Shown one piece after another: positions 1-12,179 of a stretch of DNA of 32,000 bases (positions within the stretch are counted from its first letter, which is position 1; each line of letters begins with the position of its first letter). A program made the position numbers and the translations under genes. The stretch comes from Raphidiopsis brookii D9 (GTDB taxonomy: Bacteria; Cyanobacteriota; Cyanobacteriia; Cyanobacteriales; Nostocaceae). The stretch covers positions 30,001 to 62,000 of the forward strand of contig ACYB01000021.1 of the NCBI GenBank assembly GCA_000175855.1, in the 5' to 3' direction. Under the pieces are notes generated by a model. The model had not been told where the DNA came from and searched no databases. It worked only from the letters and a program-made list of their open reading frames with translations.

Positions 1-2
1 CA

Positions 3-1529
3 CCGGAGGCGGGTAGTCAACGGATGCGCGATATTATTAACAAAGGTCTAACCAACGAAGAGTTATTGCGGGGCATAAAAACAGCTTGGGAAAAAGGTTG
101 GGATAAAATCAAGTTGTATTTTATGATTGGATTGCCAGGGGAAACGGATGCGGATATCCTGGCCATAGCAGAAACCGTCAGATGGTTACAACGAGAATGT
201 CGCGCCCAGGACAGAAGGTCTATCAGCTTTAACCTGACAGTCTCTAATTTTACACCTAAACCTCACACACCTTTTCAGTGGCATTCTGTTTCCACATCGG
301 AATTTGTCCGCAAGCAAAACCTACTCAAGCAGGAATTTCGCCGAACCAGGAATGTAAAGGTGAATTTTACCGATGTTCGTCTTTCTGCAATGGAAGACTT
401 CATTGGTAGGGGAGATCGGACTTTAGGGAAGGTTCTCAAACGAGCATGGGAATTGGGTGCAGGAATGGACTCCTGGTATGACAGTGTAGAAACTGCTTTT
501 CGAGCTTGGGGAGAAGCTATTTCTCAAGCAGGACTGGACTGGAAATACCGCCAGGTAGAAAATGGTGAATGGAATGTAATGGAAATGGGAAATGACAATT
601 TCATTAACTTCGATTCTCGATTGGAAGCACCTTTACCATGGGATCATATAGATACCGGGATTGATAAAAGGTGGTTACAAGAAGATCTAAAACGGGCTTT
701 AGCTGCGGCAATCGTTCCCGATTGTTCTTTTGAGGGTTGTTCCCATTGTGGTGTCTGTAGTACAGATTTCGGTCACAATGTGGTAATTAAACCCTACCCC
801 ATACCAGGGTTCGCAGGCGATTTTGTTCCTAATACCACCAGGGTGCAAAGGTTGAGGGTGTGGTTTGGTAAACAAGATGATATGGCTTTGGTCGGTCACT
901 TGGATTTGATGCGGTTATTTGATAGGGTAATTAGAAGAGCGGGTTTACCAATTGCTTTTACTGGAGGATTTCATCCCCATCCCCGCATTGCTCTAGCAAG
1001 TGCTTTGTCTGTGGGTAGTACCAGCAGTGGGGAAATTTTGGATCTGGAATTAACCCAATCCATGGATCTAGAAGACTTTCGTTGCCAATTGGTACACCAA
1101 CTTCCCTCCCATATCCCCATATATCAAGTCCAAGAAATAGACTTGTCATCACCTGCTGCTAATCAATCTATGGTAGCAGCTGAATACTTGCTCACCATTT
1201 CTACTTCAGAACTAATTAACGCACAAACATGGCAAAATTGGATAGTATCCATATTAGCTAGAAAAGAGATTTTGTCAGAACATCAGACAAAGTCTGGGAA
1301 GCAGCAAATCATAAATCTGCGCGATCGCCTGTTTGAGCTAAGTCTAGTCAAATTAGAAAACTCATCAGTGGAATCTGAAGCCATTGTGCGTTATTTGGGT
1401 AGCTGTCGTCATGATGGTGTGATCTTGCGTCCTGAGCAAATATTGTTTATGCTGGAGATGGTGACCAGTGTAAAATTTCAACTTTTGCATATCCACCGTA
1501 ATCGGATAGTTTTGGGAACCGCAAATTAG
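3..1529 (+). CDS. Radical SAM family protein with C-terminal DUF2344/TIGR03936-type domain, 5'-truncated by the window edge
   Basis: The frame is open from base 3 (PEAGSQRMRDIINKGL...), so the ATG at 24 is internal. Contains FMIGLPGETDADI, Cys cluster CSFEGCSHCGVC, and GHLDLMRLFDRVIRRAGLPIAFTGGFHPHPRI. It lies directly upstream of rne, a common cyanobacterial arrangement. Confidence 0.88.
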   Translation, partial: PEAGSQRMRDIINKGLTNEELLRGIKTAWEKGWDKIKLYFMIGLPGETDADILAIAETVRWLQRECRAQDRRSISFNLTVSNFTPKPHTPFQWHSVSTSEFVRKQNLLKQEFRRTRNVKVNFTDVRLSAMEDFIGRGDRTLGKVLKRAWELGAGMDSWYDSVETAFRAWGEAISQAGLDWKYRQVENGEWNVMEMGNDNFINFDSRLEAPLPWDHIDTGIDKRWLQEDLKRALAAAIVPDCSFEGCSHCGVCSTDFGHNVVIKPYPIPGFAGDFVPNTTRVQRLRVWFGKQDDMALVGHLDLMRLFDRVIRRAGLPIAFTGGFHPHPRIALASALSVGSTSSGEILDLELTQSMDLEDFRCQLVHQLPSHIPIYQVQEIDLSSPAANQSMVAAEYLLTISTSELINAQTWQNWIVSILARKEILSEHQTKSGKQQIINLRDRLFELSLVKLENSSVESEAIVRYLGSCRHDGVILRPEQILFMLEMVTSVKFQLLHIHRNRIVLGTAN

Positions 1530-1861
1530 GCCTAGTTACATCAGTGAATTTATTAAGTCAGAGAGTGTCAAGGGAAAATAGGGGGAAAACCCTGTCCGTT
1601 GAGCGGAACTTTTTGATAGAATGCTACTAGATTGGTAGACCCATGGTTCTACCCCGAGGTCTCCAAACTCTTAGCAATGATCAAGCGTGTGCAACCCAAT
1701 TACCCAATTACAAAAGGCCATGGGCTTCCTGGTTTGTGAAGCCGTGTCCGTGAGGAAAATTTTTATTACCAGTAGCAGTCCTAGGGCTACCAGTGGGGCT
1801 AGAGGTATAAAATAAGCTCCTCTTAATCCCCATTGGTGCTGCCAATTTTTGAGGAACTTGA

Positions 1862-3937
1862 ATGCCAAAACAAATTATAATCGCAGAACAGCATCAAATT
1901 GCTGCCGTATTTTCCGAAGATCAAATACAAGAACTAGTTGTAGCAACTGGTCATCACCAGATTGGTGATATCTATTTAGGGGTTGTGGAGAATGTATTAC
2001 CGGGTATAGACGCAGCCTTTGTGAATATCGGTGATCCAGAACGTAACGGATTTATCCATGTAACTGATCTAGGTCCATTAAAGATTAAACGTAGTTCCGC
2101 AGCAATCACGGAGTTACTGACACCCCAACAAAAAGTGTTGGTGCAAGTAATGAAGGAACCGACGGGAACAAAAGGTCCGAGACTAACCGGTAATATCACC
2201 ATGCCGGGACGTTATGTAGTTCTCATGCCCTATGGTAAGGGTGTAAACCTGTCTAGACGGATCAAGAACGAAAGCGAACGGAACCGCCTTCGTGCCCTAG
2301 CGATACTCATTAAACCTGCTGGTATGGGTATATTAGTGCGAACAGAGGCAGAAGGTAAACCGGAAGAAGCTATAATTGAAGACTTAGAATTGCTGCAAAA
2401 GCAATGGGAAGTAATTCAGCAGGAAGCAGCATCCACGAGAGCGCCATCTTTATTAAATCGGGATGATGACTTCATTCAGAGGGTACTACGGGATATGTAT
2501 GGTGCGGACGTGAATAGGATTGTAGTAGATTCCAGTACAGGGTTAAGGAGAGTTAAACAATATTTACAGAACTGGAGTGGAGGACAGACACCCCAAGGTG
2601 TGCTATTAGATCATCATCGTGACAGATCACCGATTCTAGAATATTTTCGCATTAACGCTGCTATCAGGGAAGCATTACGTCCTAGGGTCGATTTACCCTC
2701 TGGGGGTTACATTATCATTGAACCAACGGAAGCATTAACAGTAATTGATGTTAACTCGGGTTCTTTTACACGCTCTGCAACAGCTAGGGAGACCGTACTG
2801 TGGACTAATTGTGAAGCAGCAACAGAAATAGCGCGTCAACTGAGACTGAGAAATATTGCTGGTGTAATTGTAGTAGATTTCATCGACATGGAATCAAGAC
2901 GCGACCAACTGCAAGTTTTAGAGCACTTTAATAAAACCCTGAAAGCAGACAAAGCTCGTCCCCAAATTGCCCAACTAACAGAATTAGGTCTAGTAGAACT
3001 GACGCGTAAACGTCAAGGTCAAAATATTTATGAACTGTTTGGTGAAAGCTGTCCCACTTGTGGTGGTTTAGGACACATTGTCCATCTACCAGGGGAAGTA
3101 GAAAACCGCATGCCCATACCCGCTGCAGAAGTACCAGAAAAGTTTACCCCAGCTCAACCTAGGGAAATTAGAACACCAGTAGTACGTGTCCCAGAAATTA
3201 GAGAACCTCGGGAGATATTTGATGGCTTTGGTGAAGCGTTTGACACTGATTCTGAAGTCAGTCATCTAGTCAACCATCCCAGCTATCAAGAGTTGGGAGA
3301 TCACAAACGTCGTACTCGCACCCGTCGCAGTCGCATTGGTGCTGCTAACCTTAAGGAGGAAAGCAGACCAGAGGTTTCTGGATTTGGTGGTGAGATGGAT
3401 TCGGATTTGGAAACTGACACAGAACTTAGTTCTCTGGTGGACATACCCTCCCTCCTATCGGAAAGTTTGTTGGTAAAAGAATCTCCCAAAACCTCAACCT
3501 TTGGTAGGGTAGGATGGACGGAAAGACCAGAGAGAACTAAAGTAAAAATAGAACCAATTAAACCAGTCATAGAACCACCCCAAATCGTGCAGGTGGAAAT
3601 GACAGACCAGGAACAGGATATGTTTGCTTTGATGGGCATTTCTCCCGGTGTTAAATTAGAGACAGAGGCAAAAAGTCCTAAGTCAGTAATTTATAATATT
3701 ATGCAACCAGGGGAAATTACATCTGATACTGGTGAGTTTGATATGGATTCTATGCTTGAGGAAAAGCCTAAATTGGAATTTCCTAAGGTCAAACTTCCTA
3801 CATCAAAAGTCCCTTTGGCAATTGAACCCCCCACGGAACAATCGGGTAATATAGGTTTTGAAGCTCTGTCAGAGGACGAATCTAATCTCTATTCTCCTAC
3901 CCGTCGTCGTCGTCGTCGTCCCTCCGCTCAAGAGTAA
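1862..3937 (+). CDS. rne: Ribonuclease E/G family protein (RNase E) with long C-terminal extension
   Basis: 691 aa. N-terminal S1-like region (GDIYLGVVENVLPGIDAAFVNIG), catalytic region (VIDVNSGSFTRSA, GVIVVDFIDM), zinc-link CPTCGG. C-terminus RRRRRRPSAQE resembles the cyanobacterial PNPase-recruiting nonapeptide. SD-like GAGGA at 1851-1855. Confidence 0.96.
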   Translation: MPKQIIIAEQHQIAAVFSEDQIQELVVATGHHQIGDIYLGVVENVLPGIDAAFVNIGDPERNGFIHVTDLGPLKIKRSSAAITELLTPQQKVLVQVMKEPTGTKGPRLTGNITMPGRYVVLMPYGKGVNLSRRIKNESERNRLRALAILIKPAGMGILVRTEAEGKPEEAIIEDLELLQKQWEVIQQEAASTRAPSLLNRDDDFIQRVLRDMYGADVNRIVVDSSTGLRRVKQYLQNWSGGQTPQGVLLDHHRDRSPILEYFRINAAIREALRPRVDLPSGGYIIIEPTEALTVIDVNSGSFTRSATARETVLWTNCEAATEIARQLRLRNIAGVIVVDFIDMESRRDQLQVLEHFNKTLKADKARPQIAQLTELGLVELTRKRQGQNIYELFGESCPTCGGLGHIVHLPGEVENRMPIPAAEVPEKFTPAQPREIRTPVVRVPEIREPREIFDGFGEAFDTDSEVSHLVNHPSYQELGDHKRRTRTRRSRIGAANLKEESRPEVSGFGGEMDSDLETDTELSSLVDIPSLLSESLLVKESPKTSTFGRVGWTERPERTKVKIEPIKPVIEPPQIVQVEMTDQEQDMFALMGISPGVKLETEAKSPKSVIYNIMQPGEITSDTGEFDMDSMLEEKPKLEFPKVKLPTSKVPLAIEPPTEQSGNIGFEALSEDESNLYSPTRRRRRRPSAQE

Positions 3938-4001
3938 AACTCAATTCATAATTTCCTTTGAATATGCTTAAACTCTTTTTTTCTCTCATGTTCTGATTTT
4001 T

Positions 4002-4634
4002 ATGCACAAGGGAAGTGTTAAGGAATCAAATTGGCAGGAATTGTCTGACCACTGGCACCAGAAAGGTTGGGTTGCTGGCGTAGATGAGGTGGGACGTGGA
4101 GCTTTATTTGGGCCCGTAGTTGCTGCCGCAGTTATCTTGCCAAACTCCGCTTTATCAATACTGGTTGAATCTAAAATTAAGGATAGCAAGCAGCTATCTG
4201 TTTCTCATAGACGTTACCTAGCACAGCAAATCGCCCAATTGGCTGTGGAATGGAAAATCGGTTATGCTACCACTGCGGAAATTGATAGGTTAAATATTTT
4301 GCAGGCTACTCTGTTGGCAATGAAACGGGCTGTCCTCAAACTTAAATCCCAGCCCTCTCTTTGTCTCGTGGATGGTAACCAATTCATTCGCGATTTACTA
4401 ATAGAGCAGCAAGCTATTATACAAGGTGACAGGCGATCGCTCAACATAGCAGCTGCCAGTATTATGGCTAAGGTGTGGCGTGATGATTTAGTGGTGCGAT
4501 TAGGCAAGAAGTATGATATGTATGATTTACACCAGAATAAGGGGTATGGGAGTCAGAAACACTTATTGGCTTTGCAAAAGCATGGTGCATCTCCCCTGCA
4601 TCGACAGAGTTTTAGTCCTTGTCAGGCAAGGTGA
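4002..4634 (+). CDS. rnhB: Ribonuclease HII
   Basis: VAGVDEVGRGALFGPVVAAAV active-site motif and DLHQNKGYGSQKH; 210 aa. Confidence 0.95.
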   Translation: MHKGSVKESNWQELSDHWHQKGWVAGVDEVGRGALFGPVVAAAVILPNSALSILVESKIKDSKQLSVSHRRYLAQQIAQLAVEWKIGYATTAEIDRLNILQATLLAMKRAVLKLKSQPSLCLVDGNQFIRDLLIEQQAIIQGDRRSLNIAAASIMAKVWRDDLVVRLGKKYDMYDLHQNKGYGSQKHLLALQKHGASPLHRQSFSPCQAR

Positions 4635-4650
4635 GAAACTGTAGCTTAAA

Positions 4651-6339
4651 CTACAGTAAATTTTGCCAGTTAGCAAAACAATAGATTTGTTGTGTCTGGA
4701 GACGGTCTTGAAGGGATGAGGGTTTAACATCAGGACTAACAAGCTGGCGGTCTAACTTTACCTGTAAGTTACTCAAAGGGTCACTACCAGACGAGACTAG
4801 GAATTCTAACTTATGGATATATGGTAGCTCAACCAGCTGATCCAAAATCTGACCTAGGGCTTGTAGATAGGGATGACCTTTTTGCTGATACCAATTTATA
4901 TCAGCTACATTTGGTTGGTCAAATCCCAGATGTACAATTAGTGATGCTTGATCAAACAAAGCGATTCCTAAAGGTCTAGCTTCCTCCTGTAACAGAAGAT
5001 GATTACTTTTAGCTAAGTATCGTAATTTTTCCAACTTTTCATAGCGTTGGGCAATGGATTCTGGTTCATCTCCCCAGTGCAATGCGACGGTGGCCAGATA
5101 AGTTTGTAACAACATGTGTCCTAACTTCTTGGCTTTAGTGGCTAAATAATAGGAGTTAAAATCGTTGGATTCTATGAGCAAAGGAACGCGGTCTACCACT
5201 TCCAACCCATAACCTTTAACTCCAGCAATTTTACGGGGGTTATTAGTAATCAGACGAATTTTCTTAATTCCCAAATCCATTAAAATTTGAGCTCCCATAC
5301 CATAATCACGCAAATCCGCTGGAAATCCCAATCTTTCGTTAGCTTCCACCGTATCCAGTCCCATATCCTGTAAGGAATAGGCTTTGAGTTTATTAATCAA
5401 ACCTATACCTCTTCCCTCTTGACGCAAGTAAACAACCACCCCCTGACCAGCATTTTCAATCATTTTTAATGCTGCTTTTAATTGCATTCTACAATCACAT
5501 CGTAGGGAACCCAGAGCATCCCCAGTCAAACACTCCGAGTGCATACGCACCATAATTGGGCGGTCTCCAAATTCTACGGGGTCTCCCTTGACAATAGCAA
5601 CATGATCTGTATTGTCCAAAGTGTGACGATAACCGTAAATATCAAATTGCCCAAACTGACTGGGTAGTTTGGTCACTATTTCCCTATAGATAAGGCGATC
5701 ATTTTGTAGTCGGTAACTAATTAGATCCGCAATGCTAATAATTTTCAGGTGATGGAGGGTAGCATATTCCATCAACTGTTGTAATCTAGCCATAGACCCG
5801 TCAGGATTTTGAATTTCACAAATCACACCAGCGGGATATAATCCGGACAGTCTTGCTAAGTCTACAGCAGCTTCCGTATGACCTGCCCGTTTTAACACAC
5901 CTCCTACTTTAGCTCGAATGGGGAAAATATGACCCGGACGGCGTAAATCCAGGGGTTGGGTGGCTGGGTTGAGGGCCACTTGAATTGTACGTGCCCTATC
6001 TTCTGCAGAAATACCCGTGGTCACTCCCAAATGGGGACCAGCATCAATACTTACGGTAAAGGCAGTTTGGTTAGTATCTGTGATATTGCTAACCATTAAT
6101 GGTAAATCTAATTCATCCAAGCGATCGCCTGTCATGGCCAAGCAAATCAACCCTCTTGCTTCTACCGCCATAAAATTAATCATGTCCGGGGTGGCGAATT
6201 GAGCAGCACAGATTAAATCGCCTTCATTTTCCCGGTTTTCATCATCTACCACCACAATTGCACGACCAGATTTGAGGTCTGCTAAAGCGGCATTAATAGG
6301 ATCAAATTTAAAGGTTTGGTGATTATTGGACTGAGACAC
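4651..6339 (-). CDS. ribBA: Bifunctional 3,4-dihydroxy-2-butanone-4-phosphate synthase / GTP cyclohydrolase II
   Basis: DHBP synthase motifs (DDENRENEGDL, GHIFPIRAK) followed by GTP cyclohydrolase II motifs (RMHSECLTGDALGSLRCDC, LRQEGRGIGL). Confidence 0.96.
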   Translation of the reverse strand: MSQSNNHQTFKFDPINAALADLKSGRAIVVVDDENRENEGDLICAAQFATPDMINFMAVEARGLICLAMTGDRLDELDLPLMVSNITDTNQTAFTVSIDAGPHLGVTTGISAEDRARTIQVALNPATQPLDLRRPGHIFPIRAKVGGVLKRAGHTEAAVDLARLSGLYPAGVICEIQNPDGSMARLQQLMEYATLHHLKIISIADLISYRLQNDRLIYREIVTKLPSQFGQFDIYGYRHTLDNTDHVAIVKGDPVEFGDRPIMVRMHSECLTGDALGSLRCDCRMQLKAALKMIENAGQGVVVYLRQEGRGIGLINKLKAYSLQDMGLDTVEANERLGFPADLRDYGMGAQILMDLGIKKIRLITNNPRKIAGVKGYGLEVVDRVPLLIESNDFNSYYLATKAKKLGHMLLQTYLATVALHWGDEPESIAQRYEKLEKLRYLAKSNHLLLQEEARPLGIALFDQASLIVHLGFDQPNVADINWYQQKGHPYLQALGQILDQLVELPYIHKLEFLVSSGSDPLSNLQVKLDRQLVSPDVKPSSLQDRLQTQQIYCFANWQNLL

Positions 6340-6455
6340 AGCAAATTTCTAGCTACCAAAGTGAATTTTGTAAGACCTTATAATCTCTAATTGTAGACTA
6401 TTTGTGGTGACTCAGTTGCCAATAATTCTAGTTTGAGTGTTGGGAAGACTTAACC

Positions 6456-6472
6456 GTAATATATTATATTAC
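6456..6472. promoter_or_regulatory. Palindrome GTAATATA-T-TATATTAC upstream of argC; possible operator or promoter element
   Basis: Perfect 8-bp arms around a single central base, 40 bp upstream of the argC ATG. Confidence 0.3.
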
Positions 6473-6512
6473 TGATATTACCCAAACTAACCATGGATGA
6501 GGATTTGACAAA

Positions 6513-7571
6513 ATGAATAATTTTAGGCGCATACCAGTTGGAATTGTTGGCGCCTCAGGTTACGGGGGAGTGCAACTAGTTAGACTACTGATGGATCATC
6601 CACAGATAGAACTGGTATACCTAGGTGGTGAAAGCAGTGCTGGTAGAACATTCGCTGATTTATACCCTCATATAGGAAGTATACTCAATCTAAATATTGA
6701 AGCGGTAGATACGGAACTGATTGCTAGTCGCTGTGAAGTGGTATTTCTTTCCCTACCTAATGGTTTAGCTTGTGACATTGCACCAAATCTTTTAGAAAAA
6801 GGTTGTAAAGTACTAGACCTAAGTGCTGATTATCGTTTCACTGATTTGACAACTTATACAACTTGGTATGGTATACAAAGGAGCGATCGCCTGACAGCAC
6901 AGAAAGCGGTATATGGACTACCGGAACTATATAGAGACAAAATTGCCGAATCAAGTTTAGTTGGTTGTCCTGGTTGTTATCCTACCGCCAGTTTATTAGC
7001 ATTAGCTCCTCTATTGAAGCAGGGTTTAGTAGTTCCAGAAACAGCAATTATTGATGCTAAATCGGGAACTTCCGGTGGTGGTAGACAGGGCAAAATCAAT
7101 CTATTGTTAGCAGAAGCAGATAATTCTCTAGCTGCATACAACATTGCTTGTCATCGTCACACCCCAGAAATTGAGCAAATTTGTAGTGACTTAGCCAGAC
7201 AGGAGGTGACAGTTCAATTTACCCCCCATTTAATTCCCATGGTTCGGGGAATTCTAGCCACCGTCTACGCTAACCTAAGAGATCCTAATTTAGTCAGAGA
7301 TGATTTAAGGACTATTTATACTGCATTTTACCGTAATTCTACTTGGGTCAAAATCTGTAACAGTGGGGTTTACCCACAAACAAAATGGGCCTGTGGCAGC
7401 AACACATGTTATATAGGTATAGAAGTTGATCCACGAACCAGCCGTGTAATTGTGACCTCGGCCATTGACAACCTAATTAAAGGCCAAGCAGGCCAGGCAA
7501 TTCAATGTATGAATATCATGATGGGTTGGGATGAAAGTCTGGGACTACCCAAGGTAGGTTTTTATCCTTAA
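6513..7571 (+). CDS. argC: N-acetyl-gamma-glutamyl-phosphate reductase
   Basis: [44 protein letters not shown]; 352 aa. Confidence 0.96.
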   Translation: MNNFRRIPVGIVGASGYGGVQLVRLLMDHPQIELVYLGGESSAGRTFADLYPHIGSILNLNIEAVDTELIASRCEVVFLSLPNGLACDIAPNLLEKGCKVLDLSADYRFTDLTTYTTWYGIQRSDRLTAQKAVYGLPELYRDKIAESSLVGCPGCYPTASLLALAPLLKQGLVVPETAIIDAKSGTSGGGRQGKINLLLAEADNSLAAYNIACHRHTPEIEQICSDLARQEVTVQFTPHLIPMVRGILATVYANLRDPNLVRDDLRTIYTAFYRNSTWVKICNSGVYPQTKWACGSNTCYIGIEVDPRTSRVIVTSAIDNLIKGQAGQAIQCMNIMMGWDESLGLPKVGFYP

Positions 7572-7598
7572 CTTGTTCTCCCCCAACCCAGAACCACC

Positions 7599-8897
<1,299 letters not shown>

Positions 8898-9021
8898 TCA
8901 TTCTGTATTATCCTTGGTTTACAGATTAGTTTATGGGGTCATCGGGCAAAATGGGTTGAGATTAAGGAATATTTTCGGTTATCCTGTTACAAGAAAATAA
9001 CCGAAAGGCACGAGGTCAATT

Positions 9022-9411
9022 ATGAGATTGTTACACACTATGCTCCGGGTGGGAAACTTAGACAAGTCTTTGGAATTTTACTGTGATGTGCTGGGCATGA
9101 AATTATTACGCCGCAAGGACTATCCCGCTGGAGAATTCACCTTAGCTTTTGTGGGATATGGAGATGAAACTGACAATGCTGTTATAGAATTAACTTATAA
9201 TTGGGGAGTGGAAAAATATGAATTGGGTACTGGATATGGTCATATTGCTTTAGGAGTTGATGACATTTACTCCACCTGTGAGGCTATTGGAACCCGTGGT
9301 GGTAAGGTTGTACGTCAACCTGGTCCTATGAAGCATGGCTCAACGGTTATAGCCTTTGTTGAAGATCCAGATGGGTATAAAGTGGAGTTGATTCAGATGG
9401 CCAAGAGTTAA
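9022..9411 (+). CDS. gloA: Lactoylglutathione lyase (glyoxalase I)
   Basis: [44 protein letters not shown] and [11 protein letters not shown]; 129 aa. Confidence 0.93.
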   Translation: MRLLHTMLRVGNLDKSLEFYCDVLGMKLLRRKDYPAGEFTLAFVGYGDETDNAVIELTYNWGVEKYELGTGYGHIALGVDDIYSTCEAIGTRGGKVVRQPGPMKHGSTVIAFVEDPDGYKVELIQMAKS

Positions 9412-9505
9412 TATGGAAAAAACATGGGGGTTTGGGGAAAATATATGGAGTTATATTTAATTTAGCAAGTCCTAAATTCAAAGTCTTAAATTGCAAATCG
9501 TAAAA

Positions 9506-12178
9506 ATGCAGCCTACAGATCCAAATAAATTTACTGATACAGCATGGGATGCTGTAATTAAATCTCAAGATATAGTCCGTGCTTATCAACAACAACAATT
9601 AGAAGTAGAACACCTAATTTTAGCCATTTTAGAAACTTCTAGTGCGGTCACTTCGGGTATTATGACTCGCGCTGAAATTGATCCGATTAGATTACAAGAA
9701 CAATTAGAAGCCTACACTAAACGCCAACCCAAAGTGGGAAAGACGGATCAACTCTATCTGGGCCGCAGTTTAGATTTACTCCTGGACCGAGCAGAGGAAA
9801 TTCGCGGGAGAATTAAGGATGGGGAAATCTCTGAAGGTCACATTTTATTAGCTCTTGCAGAAGATGAACGGGTCGGTAGACGGATCTTTAAAGGTTTAAA
9901 TATTGATATTTCTAAGTTGGAAGCTGCTGTCAAAACTGTCCGTGTGACTCAAAAGGTTTCTGGAAAAGACAATGAGTCCGGGGATACTTCTGAACCAGCT
10001 CTAAAACGTTTTGGGCGAGATCTAACTGAACAAGCAAAAGCTGGAAAGTTAGATCCTGTTATTGGTCGTGATGATGAAATTAGACGGGTAATTCAAGTTT
10101 TATCTAGACGTAGTAAAAATAACCCGGTTCTTATTGGTGAACCCGGTGTGGGTAAAACTGCGATCGCTGAAGCTCTGGCCCAAAGAATGATTAATGGGGA
10201 TGTTCCCGAATCTCTCAAAAATCGTCAGTTGATTACCCTGGATATTGGCAGTTTAATTGCTGGTGCTAAATATAGGGGTGAATTTGAAGATAGATTGAAA
10301 AATGTCCTCCGAGAGGTTACTGAATCTAATGGTCAGGTAGTTTTGTTTATTGATGAGTTACATACAGTAGTGGGAGCTGGTTCCAATCAACAGGGAGCTA
10401 TGGATGCTAGCAATCTCCTCAAACCTATGTTAGCTCGTGGTGAACTTAGATGTATTGGCGCAACTACTTTAGATGAATATCGCAAATATATAGAAAAAGA
10501 TGCTGCTTTGGAACGACGTTTTCAACAGGTTTTTGTGGATCAACCCACGGTAGAAAACACTATTTCTATTTTGCGCGGTCTTAAAGAACGCTATGAAGTC
10601 CATCACAATGTGAAAATTGCCGATTCCGCTTTGGTTGCTGCAGCTACTTTATCAGCTCGTTATATTGCAGATCGGTTTTTACCTGATAAGGCCATTGATT
10701 TAGTTGATGAAGCAGCAGCCAAGTTAAAAATGGAAATCACCTCCAAACCCTCAGAGCTGGAAACCATTGACAGACGTTTAATGCAGCTGGAAATGGAAAA
10801 ATTGTCCTTGTCGGGAGAAGAAAAAGCTACTGCTCCCACCAGGGAACGATTGGACAGAATTGAACAGGAAATCTCTAATTTAACTACTAAGCAACAAAAA
10901 TTGAATGAACAATGGCAAGGAGAAAAGCAATTATTAGAAGCTATTAGTAGTTTAAAGAAAGAAGAGGATGCTCTCAGGGTACAAATTGAGCAAGCGGAAA
11001 GAGATTATGATTTAAATAAAGCTGCTCAATTAAAATACGGCAAACTGGAAGGGGTCCAAAGGGAACGAGAAATTAAAGAAACCCAGTTATTAGAAATTCA
11101 ACACCAGGGTTCTACTCTGTTAAGAGAACAGGTCACAGAAGCGGATATTGCAGAAATAGTCGCTAAATGGACCGGTATACCCGTTAATCGTCTGTTGGAA
11201 TCGGAACGTCAGAAATTACTCAAACTGGAACATCATCTCCATGAAAGGGTAATTGGTCAAGAAGAAGCTGTACTCGCAGTATCAGCTGCTATTCGTCGTG
11301 CCCGCGCAGGTATGAAAGACCCATCCCGTCCCATAGGTTCCTTTTTGTTTATGGGCCCCACTGGAGTGGGAAAAACCGAACTCGCTCGGGCCCTGGCTCA
11401 ATTTCTGTTTGATTCCGAGGATGCTTTAGTTAGGTTGGATATGTCCGAATATATGGAGAAGCACTCTGTCTCCCGTTTGGTGGGCGCTCCCCCAGGATAC
11501 GTTGGTTATGAAGAGGGTGGTCAGCTCTCAGAAACTATTCGTCGTCACCCCTATTCTGTAGTTTTGTTGGATGAGGTGGAAAAAGCCCATGGCGATGTAT
11601 TTAATATCTTACTCCAAGTCTTAGACGACGGAAGAATTACCGACAGTCAAGGTAGGGTGGTTGATTTCCGTAACACTGTTATCGTAATGACTAGTAATAT
11701 TGGTAGTGAATATATCATTGATATTTCCGGGGATGGAGATAAGCACGAATTGATGCGGAACAGGGTAATGGATAGTTTGCGATCGCATTTTCGTCCTGAA
11801 TTTATTAATCGGATTGATGATTTAATTTTGTTCCACACCTTAAATCGCTCTGAGATGCGTCAGATTATTCGCATTCAATTGCAAAGGGTAGAGAAACTAC
11901 TAAAAGAACAGAAGATATATTTAGATATATCCCCAGAGGCGTGTGATTATTTAGTAGAAATTGGGTATGATCCGGTATATGGCGCTCGTCCATTGAAGAG
12001 GTCAATTCAGCGGGAGATAGAAAATCCCCTAGCGACCAAGATATTAGAAAACAGCTTTGTTGCTGGGGACATAATTTTTATAGACAAGGGGGAAAATGGA
12101 CTGACATTTTTTAAAAAGCAGGAAAATTTATCTGTTTCTCGTCCCATTAATTCCCCTGTGTTGGTTACAGGATCTTGA
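9506..12178 (+). CDS. clpB: ATP-dependent disaggregase chaperone ClpB; perhaps the cyanobacterial ClpB2-like paralogue
   Basis: Two AAA+ Walker A motifs ([18 protein letters not shown]), [12 protein letters not shown] and a coiled-coil middle domain. The supplied ORF starts at TTG 9491. ATG 9506 ([17 protein letters not shown]...) matches the expected N-terminus better. Confidence 0.94.
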   Translation: MQPTDPNKFTDTAWDAVIKSQDIVRAYQQQQLEVEHLILAILETSSAVTSGIMTRAEIDPIRLQEQLEAYTKRQPKVGKTDQLYLGRSLDLLLDRAEEIRGRIKDGEISEGHILLALAEDERVGRRIFKGLNIDISKLEAAVKTVRVTQKVSGKDNESGDTSEPALKRFGRDLTEQAKAGKLDPVIGRDDEIRRVIQVLSRRSKNNPVLIGEPGVGKTAIAEALAQRMINGDVPESLKNRQLITLDIGSLIAGAKYRGEFEDRLKNVLREVTESNGQVVLFIDELHTVVGAGSNQQGAMDASNLLKPMLARGELRCIGATTLDEYRKYIEKDAALERRFQQVFVDQPTVENTISILRGLKERYEVHHNVKIADSALVAAATLSARYIADRFLPDKAIDLVDEAAAKLKMEITSKPSELETIDRRLMQLEMEKLSLSGEEKATAPTRERLDRIEQEISNLTTKQQKLNEQWQGEKQLLEAISSLKKEEDALRVQIEQAERDYDLNKAAQLKYGKLEGVQREREIKETQLLEIQHQGSTLLREQVTEADIAEIVAKWTGIPVNRLLESERQKLLKLEHHLHERVIGQEEAVLAVSAAIRRARAGMKDPSRPIGSFLFMGPTGVGKTELARALAQFLFDSEDALVRLDMSEYMEKHSVSRLVGAPPGYVGYEEGGQLSETIRRHPYSVVLLDEVEKAHGDVFNILLQVLDDGRITDSQGRVVDFRNTVIVMTSNIGSEYIIDISGDGDKHELMRNRVMDSLRSHFRPEFINRIDDLILFHTLNRSEMRQIIRIQLQRVEKLLKEQKIYLDISPEACDYLVEIGYDPVYGARPLKRSIQREIENPLATKILENSFVAGDIIFIDKGENGLTFFKKQENLSVSRPINSPVLVTGS

Positions 12179-12179
12179 C

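Noticed and set aside
699-899. Antisense ORF within the radical SAM gene (and many similar ORFs, e.g. 958-1152, 1972-2202, 3301-3639)
   Set aside because: They are fully opposite well-supported genes, with no recognised motifs and no promoter or SD support. These are shadow ORFs.
1671-1868. Minus-strand 65-aa ORF between the radical SAM gene and rne, containing a hydrophobic segment
   Set aside because: It overlaps the rne start and leader, and has no SD or family signal. More likely the reverse of the rne 5' UTR.
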